A stretch of DNA of 64,000 bases, from contig JBDRQD010000057.1 in NCBI GenBank assembly GCA_043826455.1, forward strand, positions 30,462 through 94,461. Direction: 5' to 3'. The notes beneath the pieces are model-generated. The model did no database searches. It saw nothing but the letters and a program-made list of their open reading frames with translations, and was not told the origin of the DNA. Positions 39,640 to 48,367 of this stretch are shown here, one piece after another (the stretch's first letter is position 1; each line of letters starts with the position of its first letter). The translations under genes and the position numbers were made by a program. Origin of the DNA: Candidatus Bathyarchaeota archaeon. GTDB lineage: Archaea > Thermoproteota > Bathyarchaeia > TCS64.

Positions 39640-40461
39640 TCACAGGAATATGGCGTTGTAGCCGATGACGGACACTATCCGGGGGATACTGGGCTTGACC
39701 TTCTTGGCGTACACTATGAAGGGCCTCCTCTCAATCACATTGGCTGTCCACTTGTACATCTCGCTGGCCGTCTTGATGGGTATCAGGTACCGCTTGGGTA
39801 TGTAGCGGAACCCCTCCTCTGCGGCCGTCTGCCACTCGCGGTACCTCTGGATCTGGCGACGCATGAACCGGGTGAACCCCTCAGGTTTCAGGATCGTCTC
39901 CCCGGGGTCCAGGCTCTCCAGGCCGTTGATTCTGTACTCGTAGCGGGGGAAGTAGTTGCGGTCCAGCCACAGGTCCTCGTTTATGTCCCGTATGAAGTTG
40001 ACGTACTGCATGGCGCGGCCCAGGAGCCTGGCCGAGGTGTGGCTGTCGTCGTGGAGGCCCAGTATCCGGGCCATCATGAGGCCCACCACCTCCGCTGAGC
40101 CGTACAGGTATGTCTCCAGCTTTTCCAGGGTCTCGTAGCTGCGGATGTATAGGTCTGACTCCATGCTGTTCAGGAAGGATTCCACCCAGGCGGGGTCAAA
40201 ATCCCTCTTCACCATGAGCCCCCGGAAGCCGTCTATGACCAGGTCCCCGGTCTTCTCGTCGTTCAGCGACCTCTCGTAGAACTCCCTGAACCCGTAGAAC
40301 TCCTGCTTCATCTGGGGCAACGTGTCCACGTAGTCGTCGGCCTTCCTCACGAAGCTGTAGAGCCTGTAGACGTCCTCCTTGACCCCTGGGGGGAAGAAGA
40401 GGCTGCTGTAGAAGTAGGTCTTGCTGCCCTGCTTGAATATTCGGCTCAGTACAGGGTTCAA
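39640..40461 (-). CDS. crtB: Phytoene synthase
   Basis: GSKTY, RKADDYVD, YGSAEVVG, NFIRDINED. Confidence 0.88.
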   Translation of the reverse strand: MNPVLSRIFKQGSKTYFYSSLFFPPGVKEDVYRLYSFVRKADDYVDTLPQMKQEFYGFREFYERSLNDEKTGDLVIDGFRGLMVKRDFDPAWVESFLNSMESDLYIRSYETLEKLETYLYGSAEVVGLMMARILGLHDDSHTSARLLGRAMQYVNFIRDINEDLWLDRNYFPRYEYRINGLESLDPGETILKPEGFTRFMRRQIQRYREWQTAAEEGFRYIPKRYLIPIKTASEMYKWTANVIERRPFIVYAKKVKPSIPRIVSVIGYNAIFL

Positions 40462-41948
40462 CCGCCACGATCAACTCCCTGCTGCTTCTCTATGGATTTG
40501 GCGAGGACCTGGCTGCTGATGAGGCACATGGGCATCCCTATGCCGGGGTGGGTGTAGTGGCCCGTGTAGTAGAGGTTCCTCACCTTCCTGCTCCTGTGGC
40601 TGGGCCTGAAGATGGCCGTCTGTAGCAGCGTGTGGGTGAGGCCCAGGGCGGTGCCCTTGTAGGCGTTGTAGTCCTTCTTGAAGTCGTTGACCGCGTATAT
40701 TCGCTTCACGACCTCGTGGCCCCTGATCTTCTCCCCGGCAAGGGCCTCCAGGTGGGCCATCAGCTTGTTGTAGTATCTTTCCCTGATCTCGGGGGTGTCC
40801 TCCAGGTCCGGGGCCAGGGGCACCAGAATGAACAGGGTCTCACCGGTCTCAGGCGAGACGGTGGGGTCGGTCTTGCTCGTTATGTTGATGTAGTAGCTTG
40901 GGGTCTCGGGCCACCTGGCCTTCTCCGGGTCGAACACGGACTCAAAGCCCTGGTCCCAGTCCTTGGTTAGGAACAGGTTGTGGTGGAGCAGCCGGGGGAG
41001 CTTCTTGTCTATGCCGACGTATAGGACCAGGGCGCTGGGCGCCATGATGCGGCTCTCCCAGTACCCCTCGTCGTAGCTCCGGTACCGTTCCTCTAGGAGC
41101 TCCAGCTCGGCGTGGGGGTAGTCGGCGTTCACCACCACCAGGTCGGTCTCGTAGGTCTGGTTCCCTGTGACGACTCTCTTGGCCCTGTTCCTGAGGACGT
41201 GGATGCGCTTGACCTCCTGGTTGTACCTGATATCGACGCCGTGCTCCTCGCAGAGGCTGACCAGGGCGTCCACAACCCTGCCGATGCCTCCCTCGGCCGG
41301 GTACCAGACACCCAGCTTGAAGTCCACGTGGTTCATGATGTAGTAGAGGGCGGGGGTGTTGTGGGGGCTGCCGCCGATGAAGCCTATGCTGTACTCAAGT
41401 ATCTTCCTGGACCGGGGGTCCTTGAACCACTTGCTCACGTATGTGTCGATGTCGCTGAAGAGGGGCAGCTTGAAGCCCTCCAGCGCCAGTTTACCGCTGA
41501 AGAGGTCCCAGACCCTGTCGTACTCCCGGTAGAGCATCTCGTCCATGGAGAGCCTGTAGTGGCGCTCGGCCTGCTCCAGGTACTCCCTGAGCTTCTCTCC
41601 GCCCCTCTCCTCGAAGCCGTCGAAGAGCCTGAAGTTGTCTTCCAGGCTCGCGGACACGTCTGTCGTGGACTCGCCGTCGAAGAAGATGCGGTAGCTTGGG
41701 TCGATGCGTATCAGATCGTAATAGTCGCTGGGCTTCTTGCCGAACTCTTTGAAGAAGTTCTCGAACACGTCTGGCATCAGGTACCAGCTGGGCCCCATGT
41801 CGAAGGAGTAGCCTTTCTCCCTTAGGACCCTGGCCCTGCCCCCGGGCTGACTGTTCTTCTCCAGGACAGTGACCTTGTGGCCTTGCTTGGCCAGGAGGGC
41901 TGCGGCGGCCAATCCGCCGAATCCGGCCCCCACAACTGTTACAATCAT
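40458..41948 (-). CDS. crtI: Phytoene desaturase family (CrtI/CrtD)
   Basis: GAGFGG, FDMGPSWYLMP, THPGIGMP. Confidence 0.85.
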   Translation of the reverse strand: MIVTVVGAGFGGLAAAALLAKQGHKVTVLEKNSQPGGRARVLREKGYSFDMGPSWYLMPDVFENFFKEFGKKPSDYYDLIRIDPSYRIFFDGESTTDVSASLEDNFRLFDGFEERGGEKLREYLEQAERHYRLSMDEMLYREYDRVWDLFSGKLALEGFKLPLFSDIDTYVSKWFKDPRSRKILEYSIGFIGGSPHNTPALYYIMNHVDFKLGVWYPAEGGIGRVVDALVSLCEEHGVDIRYNQEVKRIHVLRNRAKRVVTGNQTYETDLVVVNADYPHAELELLEERYRSYDEGYWESRIMAPSALVLYVGIDKKLPRLLHHNLFLTKDWDQGFESVFDPEKARWPETPSYYINITSKTDPTVSPETGETLFILVPLAPDLEDTPEIRERYYNKLMAHLEALAGEKIRGHEVVKRIYAVNDFKKDYNAYKGTALGLTHTLLQTAIFRPSHRSRKVRNLYYTGHYTHPGIGMPMCLISSQVLAKSIEKQQGVDRGG

Positions 41949-42011
41949 GTTGCTCTTCAGTGAGCCGCCATTAAAATACCTTTATAATATATACCATATA
42001 GGGGCTTTGCC

Positions 42012-42746
42012 TTGAAACACCTGCGGGATGCCTTTTACAGCCGAAGAACCATGGCCGCTCTGGGCATCGCCTTCCTGGGCTCCAGCTACTTCATGACAAG
42101 GTTCTCAGATGTCCCCATCTTCAGCCAGGCCTCAGGCGTCTTCATAGTCGCCATGGCGGCGCCCTCCTACGCGGCGCTGGTCTTGTGGAGGGGAGCGAGG
42201 AGGGGTTCAGCGGCTCTCGTTGTCTTGAGCGTCCTTCCCGTGCTGGTGGAGGCGGCAGCCATATTCACCGGTTTCCCCTACGGCGAGTTCACCTACTCTG
42301 GTAGGCTCGGCTACATGGTTCTGGGCGTTGTGCCATGGCCGGTGGCCTTCGCTTACCCTCCCATGCTGCTGGGGTCCATGGCCTACGCCAGTAGGCTCAG
42401 GGGGGACAGGCTGGGCTTCTCGGCTCTCTCAGCAATCTTCAACGTGGCGGTGGATCTGGTTGTGGATCCGGGGACCGTCCACAGCGGTTTCTGGAGCTGG
42501 TCGCAGCCTGGAGCCTATTTCGGTGTGCCCGTCGTGAACTTCCTGGGCTGGCTGCTCACCGGGTTCCTGTACGCCAACGTATTCTACTCGTTGACGGGTG
42601 GCGAGACCCCGATGGATGCAAGGGTCTCAAGCAGCCTGTTCCTCATCCTGTGCTTCTGGGCCGGGTACCTGTTCTTTAATGGGCTGCATCTCCCGGCGGC
42701 GCTGGGCCTAGCCGAGGCTTGGCTGCTTCTGAGAGAATACGGTTAA
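42012..42746 (+). CDS. cruF: Carotenoid hydratase CruF-like membrane protein
   Basis: TGFPYGEFTY, DLVVDPG, FW.W...YFGVP..NFLGW. Confidence 0.8.
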   Translation: MKHLRDAFYSRRTMAALGIAFLGSSYFMTRFSDVPIFSQASGVFIVAMAAPSYAALVLWRGARRGSAALVVLSVLPVLVEAAAIFTGFPYGEFTYSGRLGYMVLGVVPWPVAFAYPPMLLGSMAYASRLRGDRLGFSALSAIFNVAVDLVVDPGTVHSGFWSWSQPGAYFGVPVVNFLGWLLTGFLYANVFYSLTGGETPMDARVSSSLFLILCFWAGYLFFNGLHLPAALGLAEAWLLLREYG

Positions 42747-42764
42747 AGAAAAGTAGAGGTGCGG

Positions 42765-43751
42765 CTACCCGCACTTGTTTAAGAGCTGCTGCCACCTCTG
42801 GTCCACGCCGTCCTGGATGGCCTTCAGTATCTCCTCGTTGCGCTTGGGCCTGAACAGGTGCCTGAACCTGCCCTGGGCCTCTAGGTACTGCTCCACCGGC
42901 TTCTTGGTCTCCGGCCTCCTGGCTATGGCGGCGCTTGGTCCGCTGAGCTTCCAGACCGGCTTGCCGTTCACCCTCTCCACATCGAAGAGGGGGAAGATGC
43001 AGGTCTGGGTGGCCAGCCGGGCGACGCTTATGGTGTCGCTGGTCTCGTACCTCCAGCCCCTGGTGCAGGGGATGATGGCGTGGAGGAACTTGGGGCCCAC
43101 GGTGTCGAAGGCCTTCCTGCTCTTGTCCAGTACGTCCTGGGGCCAGGCCGGGTTCAGCGACGCCGCGTAGGGTATGTCGTGAGCCACCACTATGTCCATT
43201 ATGGGCTTCTTCCACTCCATCTTGCCGGGGATGACGCGGCCCGCCGGGCTGGTGGTGGTGCTGGCGGCGAGGGGGGTGCCCCCGCTGCGCTGGATTCCCG
43301 TGTTCATGTAGGCCTCGTTGTCGATGAGCACGTATGTGAAGTGGTGGCCCCTCTCCAGGGCGCCGCTCAGCGCCTGGAACCCTATGTCGTAGGTGCCTCC
43401 GTCTCCCGCGTAGGCTATGACGTTGATGTTCTCGTACTTTGCCAGGGGCCCCTTACCCTTGCGTCTGTGGGCCTTCCACGCCGCCTCTATTCCGCTGGCG
43501 TTGGCCGCCGCGTTCTCGAAGGCGTTGTGGAGCCAGGGCACGTGCCAGCTGGTGTAGGGGAAGATGGTGGTGGCCACCTCCAGGCAGCCCGTGGCGTTGG
43601 TGACTATGGTGGGCCTGTCCGCGGCTGCCTTCATTATCATGCGCACCACTATGGGGTGGGCGCAGCCGGCGCACAGCCTGTGGCCGCTCACCAGGGAGTC
43701 GGGTATCCTGGCTGCTTCCTTCATGGTTAGTCTGGCGCTCATCCTACTCAC
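42765..43751 (-). CDS. porB: Pyruvate/2-oxoacid:ferredoxin oxidoreductase beta subunit
   Basis: CAGC, GDGGTYDIG, NEAYMNTG. Confidence 0.92.
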   Translation of the reverse strand: MSRMSARLTMKEAARIPDSLVSGHRLCAGCAHPIVVRMIMKAAADRPTIVTNATGCLEVATTIFPYTSWHVPWLHNAFENAAANASGIEAAWKAHRRKGKGPLAKYENINVIAYAGDGGTYDIGFQALSGALERGHHFTYVLIDNEAYMNTGIQRSGGTPLAASTTTSPAGRVIPGKMEWKKPIMDIVVAHDIPYAASLNPAWPQDVLDKSRKAFDTVGPKFLHAIIPCTRGWRYETSDTISVARLATQTCIFPLFDVERVNGKPVWKLSGPSAAIARRPETKKPVEQYLEAQGRFRHLFRPKRNEEILKAIQDGVDQRWQQLLNKCG

Positions 43752-44961
43752 CTCTCACTCCTATGTAGTTCATCAGCTTGGTCACCTTGCCCGCCTTCCC
43801 TGCCTTCAGGAGGCTGCCGTATATCTCCCTGATCATGGTGGGGCTCACGTCGCGGCCGCCCAGGCCGACAACGTAGTTGGCCATCATGGGCTTCTCCTGG
43901 TCGTGGTAGTAGGCTGTCATCATCTCCTCCATGAGGGGGCTGGCGGGGGCGCCGAAGCTTATGCACTTCTCCATGACGCCCAGCGCAGGCACCTTGCCCA
44001 TGGCCTTCTTCAGCTCCGCCACGGGGAAGGGCCTGAACAGTCTGAGCTTTATCATGCCGGCCTTGACGCCCTCGGCCCTCAGCTCGTCCACCACGTGGCG
44101 GACGGTACCCATGGCTGACCCCATTCCTATGACTGCGACCTCGGCGTCGTCCATCAGGTAGGGCTCCACGTACTCGTAGTTGCGGCCGCTAATCTTGGCC
44201 CACTCCTTCTCCACCTCCTTGATGAACTTGAGGGAGTCCTTGAGGGCCTCCACCTGGTGCATCTTGTGCTCGAAGTAGAAGTCTTGGAGGTCTAGGGGCC
44301 CCATGGTGAGGGGCGCGTCGGGGTTAAGCCTCAGCTCGGCCTCGCCCAAGTGGCCCTCCACCTTGACGAAGGGGCGCTCGCCCACGAACTTCTGGACCAC
44401 CTCATCGGGCAGGGTCATGACGTTCTCCATGGTGTGGCTGAGGGTGAACCCGTCCAGGCACACCATGACGGGGAGCTGAACCTTCAGGTGCTCGCCGATC
44501 CTCCAGGCCGTGATGCTGGCGTCGTAGACCTCCTGGGCGTTCTCGCAGTAGATCTGTATCCAGCCGCTGTCCCTGGCGCCCATAGAGTCGCTGTGATCGT
44601 TGTGGATGTTGATGGGACCGCTCAGCGCTCTGTTAGCCACGGCCATCACAATGGGCAGCCGTAGACTCGAAGCTATGTAGAGTATCTCCCACATGAGGGC
44701 CAGGCCGTTGGCCGCCGTGGCGGTGAAGGCCCTGGCGCCTGCGGCCGCCGCCCCTACGCTGCAGCTCATGGCGCTGTGCTCGCTCTCAACGGCCACGAAC
44801 TCCGTGTCCACGAGCCCGTCGGCCACGTACTCGCTGTACCGCTCCACTATGATGGTCTGGGGGGTGATGGGGTACGCGGCCACCACGTCGGGGTTGACCT
44901 GCTTGGTGGCGTAGGCTACCGCCTCGTCCCCGTTGAGTCCCATAAGTATCTGCTTAGCCAT
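43744..44961 (-). CDS. porA: Pyruvate/2-oxoacid:ferredoxin oxidoreductase alpha subunit
   Basis: YPITPQT, ESEHSA, GLGGRD. Confidence 0.92.
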   Translation of the reverse strand: MAKQILMGLNGDEAVAYATKQVNPDVVAAYPITPQTIIVERYSEYVADGLVDTEFVAVESEHSAMSCSVGAAAAGARAFTATAANGLALMWEILYIASSLRLPIVMAVANRALSGPINIHNDHSDSMGARDSGWIQIYCENAQEVYDASITAWRIGEHLKVQLPVMVCLDGFTLSHTMENVMTLPDEVVQKFVGERPFVKVEGHLGEAELRLNPDAPLTMGPLDLQDFYFEHKMHQVEALKDSLKFIKEVEKEWAKISGRNYEYVEPYLMDDAEVAVIGMGSAMGTVRHVVDELRAEGVKAGMIKLRLFRPFPVAELKKAMGKVPALGVMEKCISFGAPASPLMEEMMTAYYHDQEKPMMANYVVGLGGRDVSPTMIREIYGSLLKAGKAGKVTKLMNYIGVRGE

Positions 44962-45233
44962 TACTTCCTCACCATCTCAATCGCCTTGACGGGGCACTCA
45001 GTGGCGCATATGCCGCACCCCTTGCAGTATTCCAGGTCGGGCTCGGGGCTGCCGTCCTCCTTGACCGCTATGCAGCCCTCGGGGCAGAACATGTGGCACA
45101 TGTTGCACTTGGTGCACTTGCCGTGGTCGATCCTGGGGGCGTCCACGCCCCAGTCCCCGGTCTTGTACTCCAGGGACGACCTGTAGCTCACGGCCCCCTT
45201 GGGCAGCTCCTTCCACGTCCGCTCCTTGCTCAA
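44961..45233 (-). CDS. porD: Oxidoreductase delta subunit (2x[4Fe-4S])
   Basis: KTGDW, CTKCNMCHMFCP, CKGCGICATECP. Confidence 0.92.
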   Translation of the reverse strand: MSKERTWKELPKGAVSYRSSLEYKTGDWGVDAPRIDHGKCTKCNMCHMFCPEGCIAVKEDGSPEPDLEYCKGCGICATECPVKAIEMVRK

Positions 45234-45790
45234 CCCTTCCTCGCCTCCTCGTACGCCTTCTTGACCAGATCGGCGTTAAGCTCGCTGATCTTGCCCTCGA
45301 ACCGCTCCTTGACCACCGCCAGGAGGCTCTCCAACTTCACGACGCCCGTGGCCTTGACTACGGTGCCCAGCATGGCCGTATTGGTTATAGGCCTGCCCAG
45401 CACCTTTATGGCCAGCTCCGTGGCGTCCACAGTCCAAGTCTCCACGTTCTTCAATCCAAGCTTCTTCCTGACGGCGTCAGCGGAATCACCCGTATTCACT
45501 ATCAGCTTAGTGCCCTTCTGGATGCCCTCAGCCACAGCCGGTCCCAGGAGGGTAGGGTCCAGAACGACCACAACGTCTGGCTCGTAGACGCTGCTGTGGA
45601 GCTGGATCTTCTCGTCGCTGATCCGTGTGAACGCCGTGATGGGTGCGCCCGCGCGCTCAGGTCCGAAGGCGGGAAAACTCTGAATGTTCTTCTCCTCCTT
45701 CAACCCGGCCTGGGCCAGGAGGAGCGAGGCCGTCCAGGCTCCCTGGCCTCCCCGGCCGTGGAACCTGACCTCGTAAATCTTACTGGTCAA
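45230..45790 (-). CDS. porG: Oxidoreductase gamma subunit
   Basis: HGRGGQG, FGPERAGAP. Confidence 0.92.
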   Translation of the reverse strand: MTSKIYEVRFHGRGGQGAWTASLLLAQAGLKEEKNIQSFPAFGPERAGAPITAFTRISDEKIQLHSSVYEPDVVVVLDPTLLGPAVAEGIQKGTKLIVNTGDSADAVRKKLGLKNVETWTVDATELAIKVLGRPITNTAMLGTVVKATGVVKLESLLAVVKERFEGKISELNADLVKKAYEEARKG

Positions 45791-45843
45791 CCGCTTGAAC
45801 CTCCAAGATAGTTGGAGGGGATGATATTAAACCGTGCCGGTGG

Positions 45844-46716
45844 TCATTTCCCTAGTCTTACACGAATCTCGTTGAGCTCATCCCGCTTCCGCTCAGCCAT
45901 CTCTGCGGCGGCCTCCGGGTATCTACCCCAGTCCATGCCCAGGGCCTCATAGGCGAAGATGATCTCCCTGGACGAGGACACTATGAGGCCCTCGCCACTG
46001 CTGTTGGCCCCCAGCCTCAGCGCGGTGATAGGGTCGCCTCCCTGGGCCCCCAGGCCGGGCGCCAGTATGAGGCTCTCCTCTCCTACGATGGCCCGGATGT
46101 CGCCCAGCTCCTCGGTGGCGGTGCACCCCACCACGTACCCGTTGCTGCCGTGGCTGAAGGCGTCCCTGGCCAGGCGGATGTAGAACTTCTCCCCGTCCAT
46201 GAGCCTGGACTGGTAGTCGTGGGTGCCCGGGTTGCTCATCCTGCACAGGGCGAAGATGCCCTTGTCCCTCTCCTCGGCCCACCTGTAAACCGCGTCCACC
46301 CCGTTCTCGTAGCCGGGGAAGGGGCTGAAGGTGACGGCGTCGAAGCCCAGCTGGTCGATCCAGTAGAGGCCCGCGTCCATGGTGGTGCCTATGTCGCTGA
46401 GCTTGGCGTCCAGGAGAGCCAGGGACCCGCCCTCATGGATCTTGTCCACTATGTCCCGCATGTCCTGGAACCCCATGAGGTAGACCAGGAACTGGGCGTT
46501 GGGCTTGATGACGGGAGCGTAGGGCGTGGAGGCCTCTATCACGTTGAGGCAGAACTCCTTGACCGCGTCCTTCACTCCCCTCGCCTTCACCAGCTGCGGC
46601 GGCACGACCCACTTCTTCCTGATGTGCTCTGTGACGGGGTCCACCCCTACACATAGAAAACTCTCTTTTCCCCTGCTCACCCTGAGGTACCTGTCCACGA
46701 AGCCTTTTCCCAACAT
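45844..46716 (-). CDS. pyrF: Orotidine-5'-phosphate decarboxylase
   Basis: CVGVDP, LDAKLSDIGTT, PGLGAQGG, SSSR. Confidence 0.92.
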   Translation of the reverse strand: MLGKGFVDRYLRVSRGKESFLCVGVDPVTEHIRKKWVVPPQLVKARGVKDAVKEFCLNVIEASTPYAPVIKPNAQFLVYLMGFQDMRDIVDKIHEGGSLALLDAKLSDIGTTMDAGLYWIDQLGFDAVTFSPFPGYENGVDAVYRWAEERDKGIFALCRMSNPGTHDYQSRLMDGEKFYIRLARDAFSHGSNGYVVGCTATEELGDIRAIVGEESLILAPGLGAQGGDPITALRLGANSSGEGLIVSSSREIIFAYEALGMDWGRYPEAAAEMAERKRDELNEIRVRLGK

Positions 46717-46794
46717 GTCTGATGCTATATATCGCGTTATGTCTTTAAATCCCCTAGCTCCTATTCACCTTGTAGAGCGTCTGGGGGCCCCGTT

Positions 46795-47376
46795 TTGAGC
46801 ACAGAGTCCGACACCAAGAAGCTTCTGGAGTACAGGGAGACCATGGAGGCCAAGCTGGCTGAGCTGGAGCAGGAGATCATCGACGTCAGGAGGGCCATGG
46901 CCATCATAGACAAATTGATAGTGGCGGAGGGGTTCAGGACCCCCGCGGCTCCAACGAAGAAGGCGGCTGCAGCCAAGTCCCCCGAGGTTAACCCCCCGGA
47001 TGAGCCCACCCCCAAGGAGGGGGAGACCACCTCCATCACCAGCAAGGACGGCGCCGTCCTGGGCAAGCTCAGGGTGGAGGGCAGGAACCTGGTGTTCAGG
47101 CCCCAGCCTGAGCTCGGCTTCACCGTGGACGTTCCCCCCTTCAAGAGCTTCCTCATGGACAGGGTCCTGGCCAACATGAGCGCCACGGACCAGGAGAGGG
47201 CCGCCAACGGTGAGATGGACGCTGAGGAGGCCCTCGGCTACGAGGTGAAGGAGGAGGAAGGCAGGATACTGGAGATCACCGTCACCAACTACGGCGGGGA
47301 GCGCCGGCTCCGGGAGATCAACAGCAGCCTCCGGTGGAGCTTCGACAAGATGTACGACAAGCTGCGGCAAGGCTGA
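46795..47376 (+). CDS. Conserved hypothetical protein (N-terminal coiled coil)
   Basis: 193-aa ORF with host-like codon usage. Confidence 0.75.
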   Translation: MSTESDTKKLLEYRETMEAKLAELEQEIIDVRRAMAIIDKLIVAEGFRTPAAPTKKAAAAKSPEVNPPDEPTPKEGETTSITSKDGAVLGKLRVEGRNLVFRPQPELGFTVDVPPFKSFLMDRVLANMSATDQERAANGEMDAEEALGYEVKEEEGRILEITVTNYGGERRLREINSSLRWSFDKMYDKLRQG

Positions 47377-47381
47377 CACAG

Positions 47382-47594
47382 ATGGAGGACATGAAGAGGA
47401 ACGCCCTGTGGCTCATCCTGGTGGAGACAGCCCAAAGCCTACCCATGTACATGCATCACAAGGCGTATGTCAGGGACAGCATTCTGCCGGAGGAACCCGA
47501 GGTCTCGGCCGAGGACCTGACCCACCGGCTGGACATAACCCTCGGAGAAGCGGTAGTGATACTGGCCGAGCTTAGAAACGGCGGCGCCGACTAG
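47382..47594 (+). CDS. Small hypothetical protein
   Basis: MEDMKRNALW... starting 5 nt after the previous stop. Confidence 0.65.
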   Translation: MEDMKRNALWLILVETAQSLPMYMHHKAYVRDSILPEEPEVSAEDLTHRLDITLGEAVVILAELRNGGAD

Positions 47595-48139
47595 ACGACG
47601 TACCTGTAGGTGTCGTACTTTCCGGCGGTCTCACTCTTCTGCATGATCCTCACCACGTCCCCGGGCCTCGCCCCCAGAATTATGGCTATGGGGTCAGTGG
47701 CCTTGATCCAGGGGAACTGGTAGGGCTCAGCGTGGTACTTCTTCACCAGAGCAATCTTATCCTCGTCCCCCACGATCTCGTGGCGGGGCACCAGGTTGTG
47801 CTCGAAGATGTCGAAGGCGGGCAGGCTCGGGGGTATAAGCTCGATGCTCATCTCGGGGGCCGTGCTCCGGGCGCTGTACGTGTACTTGCCGTCACCCACG
47901 ATGATGCCGCCCTGTACCTCCTCTGCGTCCACCTGTTCCTTCAGCTCCCTGATGTAGCTGATGCCTATTGTGCTCTGGGACATGAGCACGTGCATTATGT
48001 ACTTCTGGTCGCCCCGGCTCAGACGGTAAACCAGCTTTTCCTCGGCCTTCTCCACGTTGTCCACGTTGAACTTGCGGTACTTGATGATGAGGGCCGCCCT
48101 CTTCTCCTCTAGGGTCTTAGCTTTATCCATCTCGGCCAT
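47591..48139 (-). CDS. rpoH: RNA polymerase subunit Rpo5/H with N-terminal extension
   Basis: HNLVPRHE, PWIKATDP, GDVVRI, YRYV; ~105-aa extra N-terminal domain. Confidence 0.92.
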   Translation of the reverse strand: MAEMDKAKTLEEKRAALIIKYRKFNVDNVEKAEEKLVYRLSRGDQKYIMHVLMSQSTIGISYIRELKEQVDAEEVQGGIIVGDGKYTYSARSTAPEMSIELIPPSLPAFDIFEHNLVPRHEIVGDEDKIALVKKYHAEPYQFPWIKATDPIAIILGARPGDVVRIMQKSETAGKYDTYRYVV

Positions 48140-48331
48140 CTATCTCGCCTTCACCCTTTTCACTATGGGGGCTCTGACCTTGCGGAATATCCTGTAGCCG
48201 CAGAAGGGGCACCTGAAGCTGATGTAGCGCTGAAGGTCATCGTGGGGGACCCGTCTGCCGCAGCGGACGCACTCGTAGACGGGGCCCTCCTGGTTCAGGT
48301 TATCCACATTGGTTTCTTGCTCGTCTGACAT
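48140..48331 (-). CDS. rpoP: RNA polymerase subunit Rpo12/P
   Basis: YECVRCG...RCPFCGYRIFRKVR...VKAR. Confidence 0.92.
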   Translation of the reverse strand: MSDEQETNVDNLNQEGPVYECVRCGRRVPHDDLQRYISFRCPFCGYRIFRKVRAPIVKRVKAR

Positions 48332-48367
48332 GCCGTAACGACCCTAAGATTACTCAAACCCCTCTCT

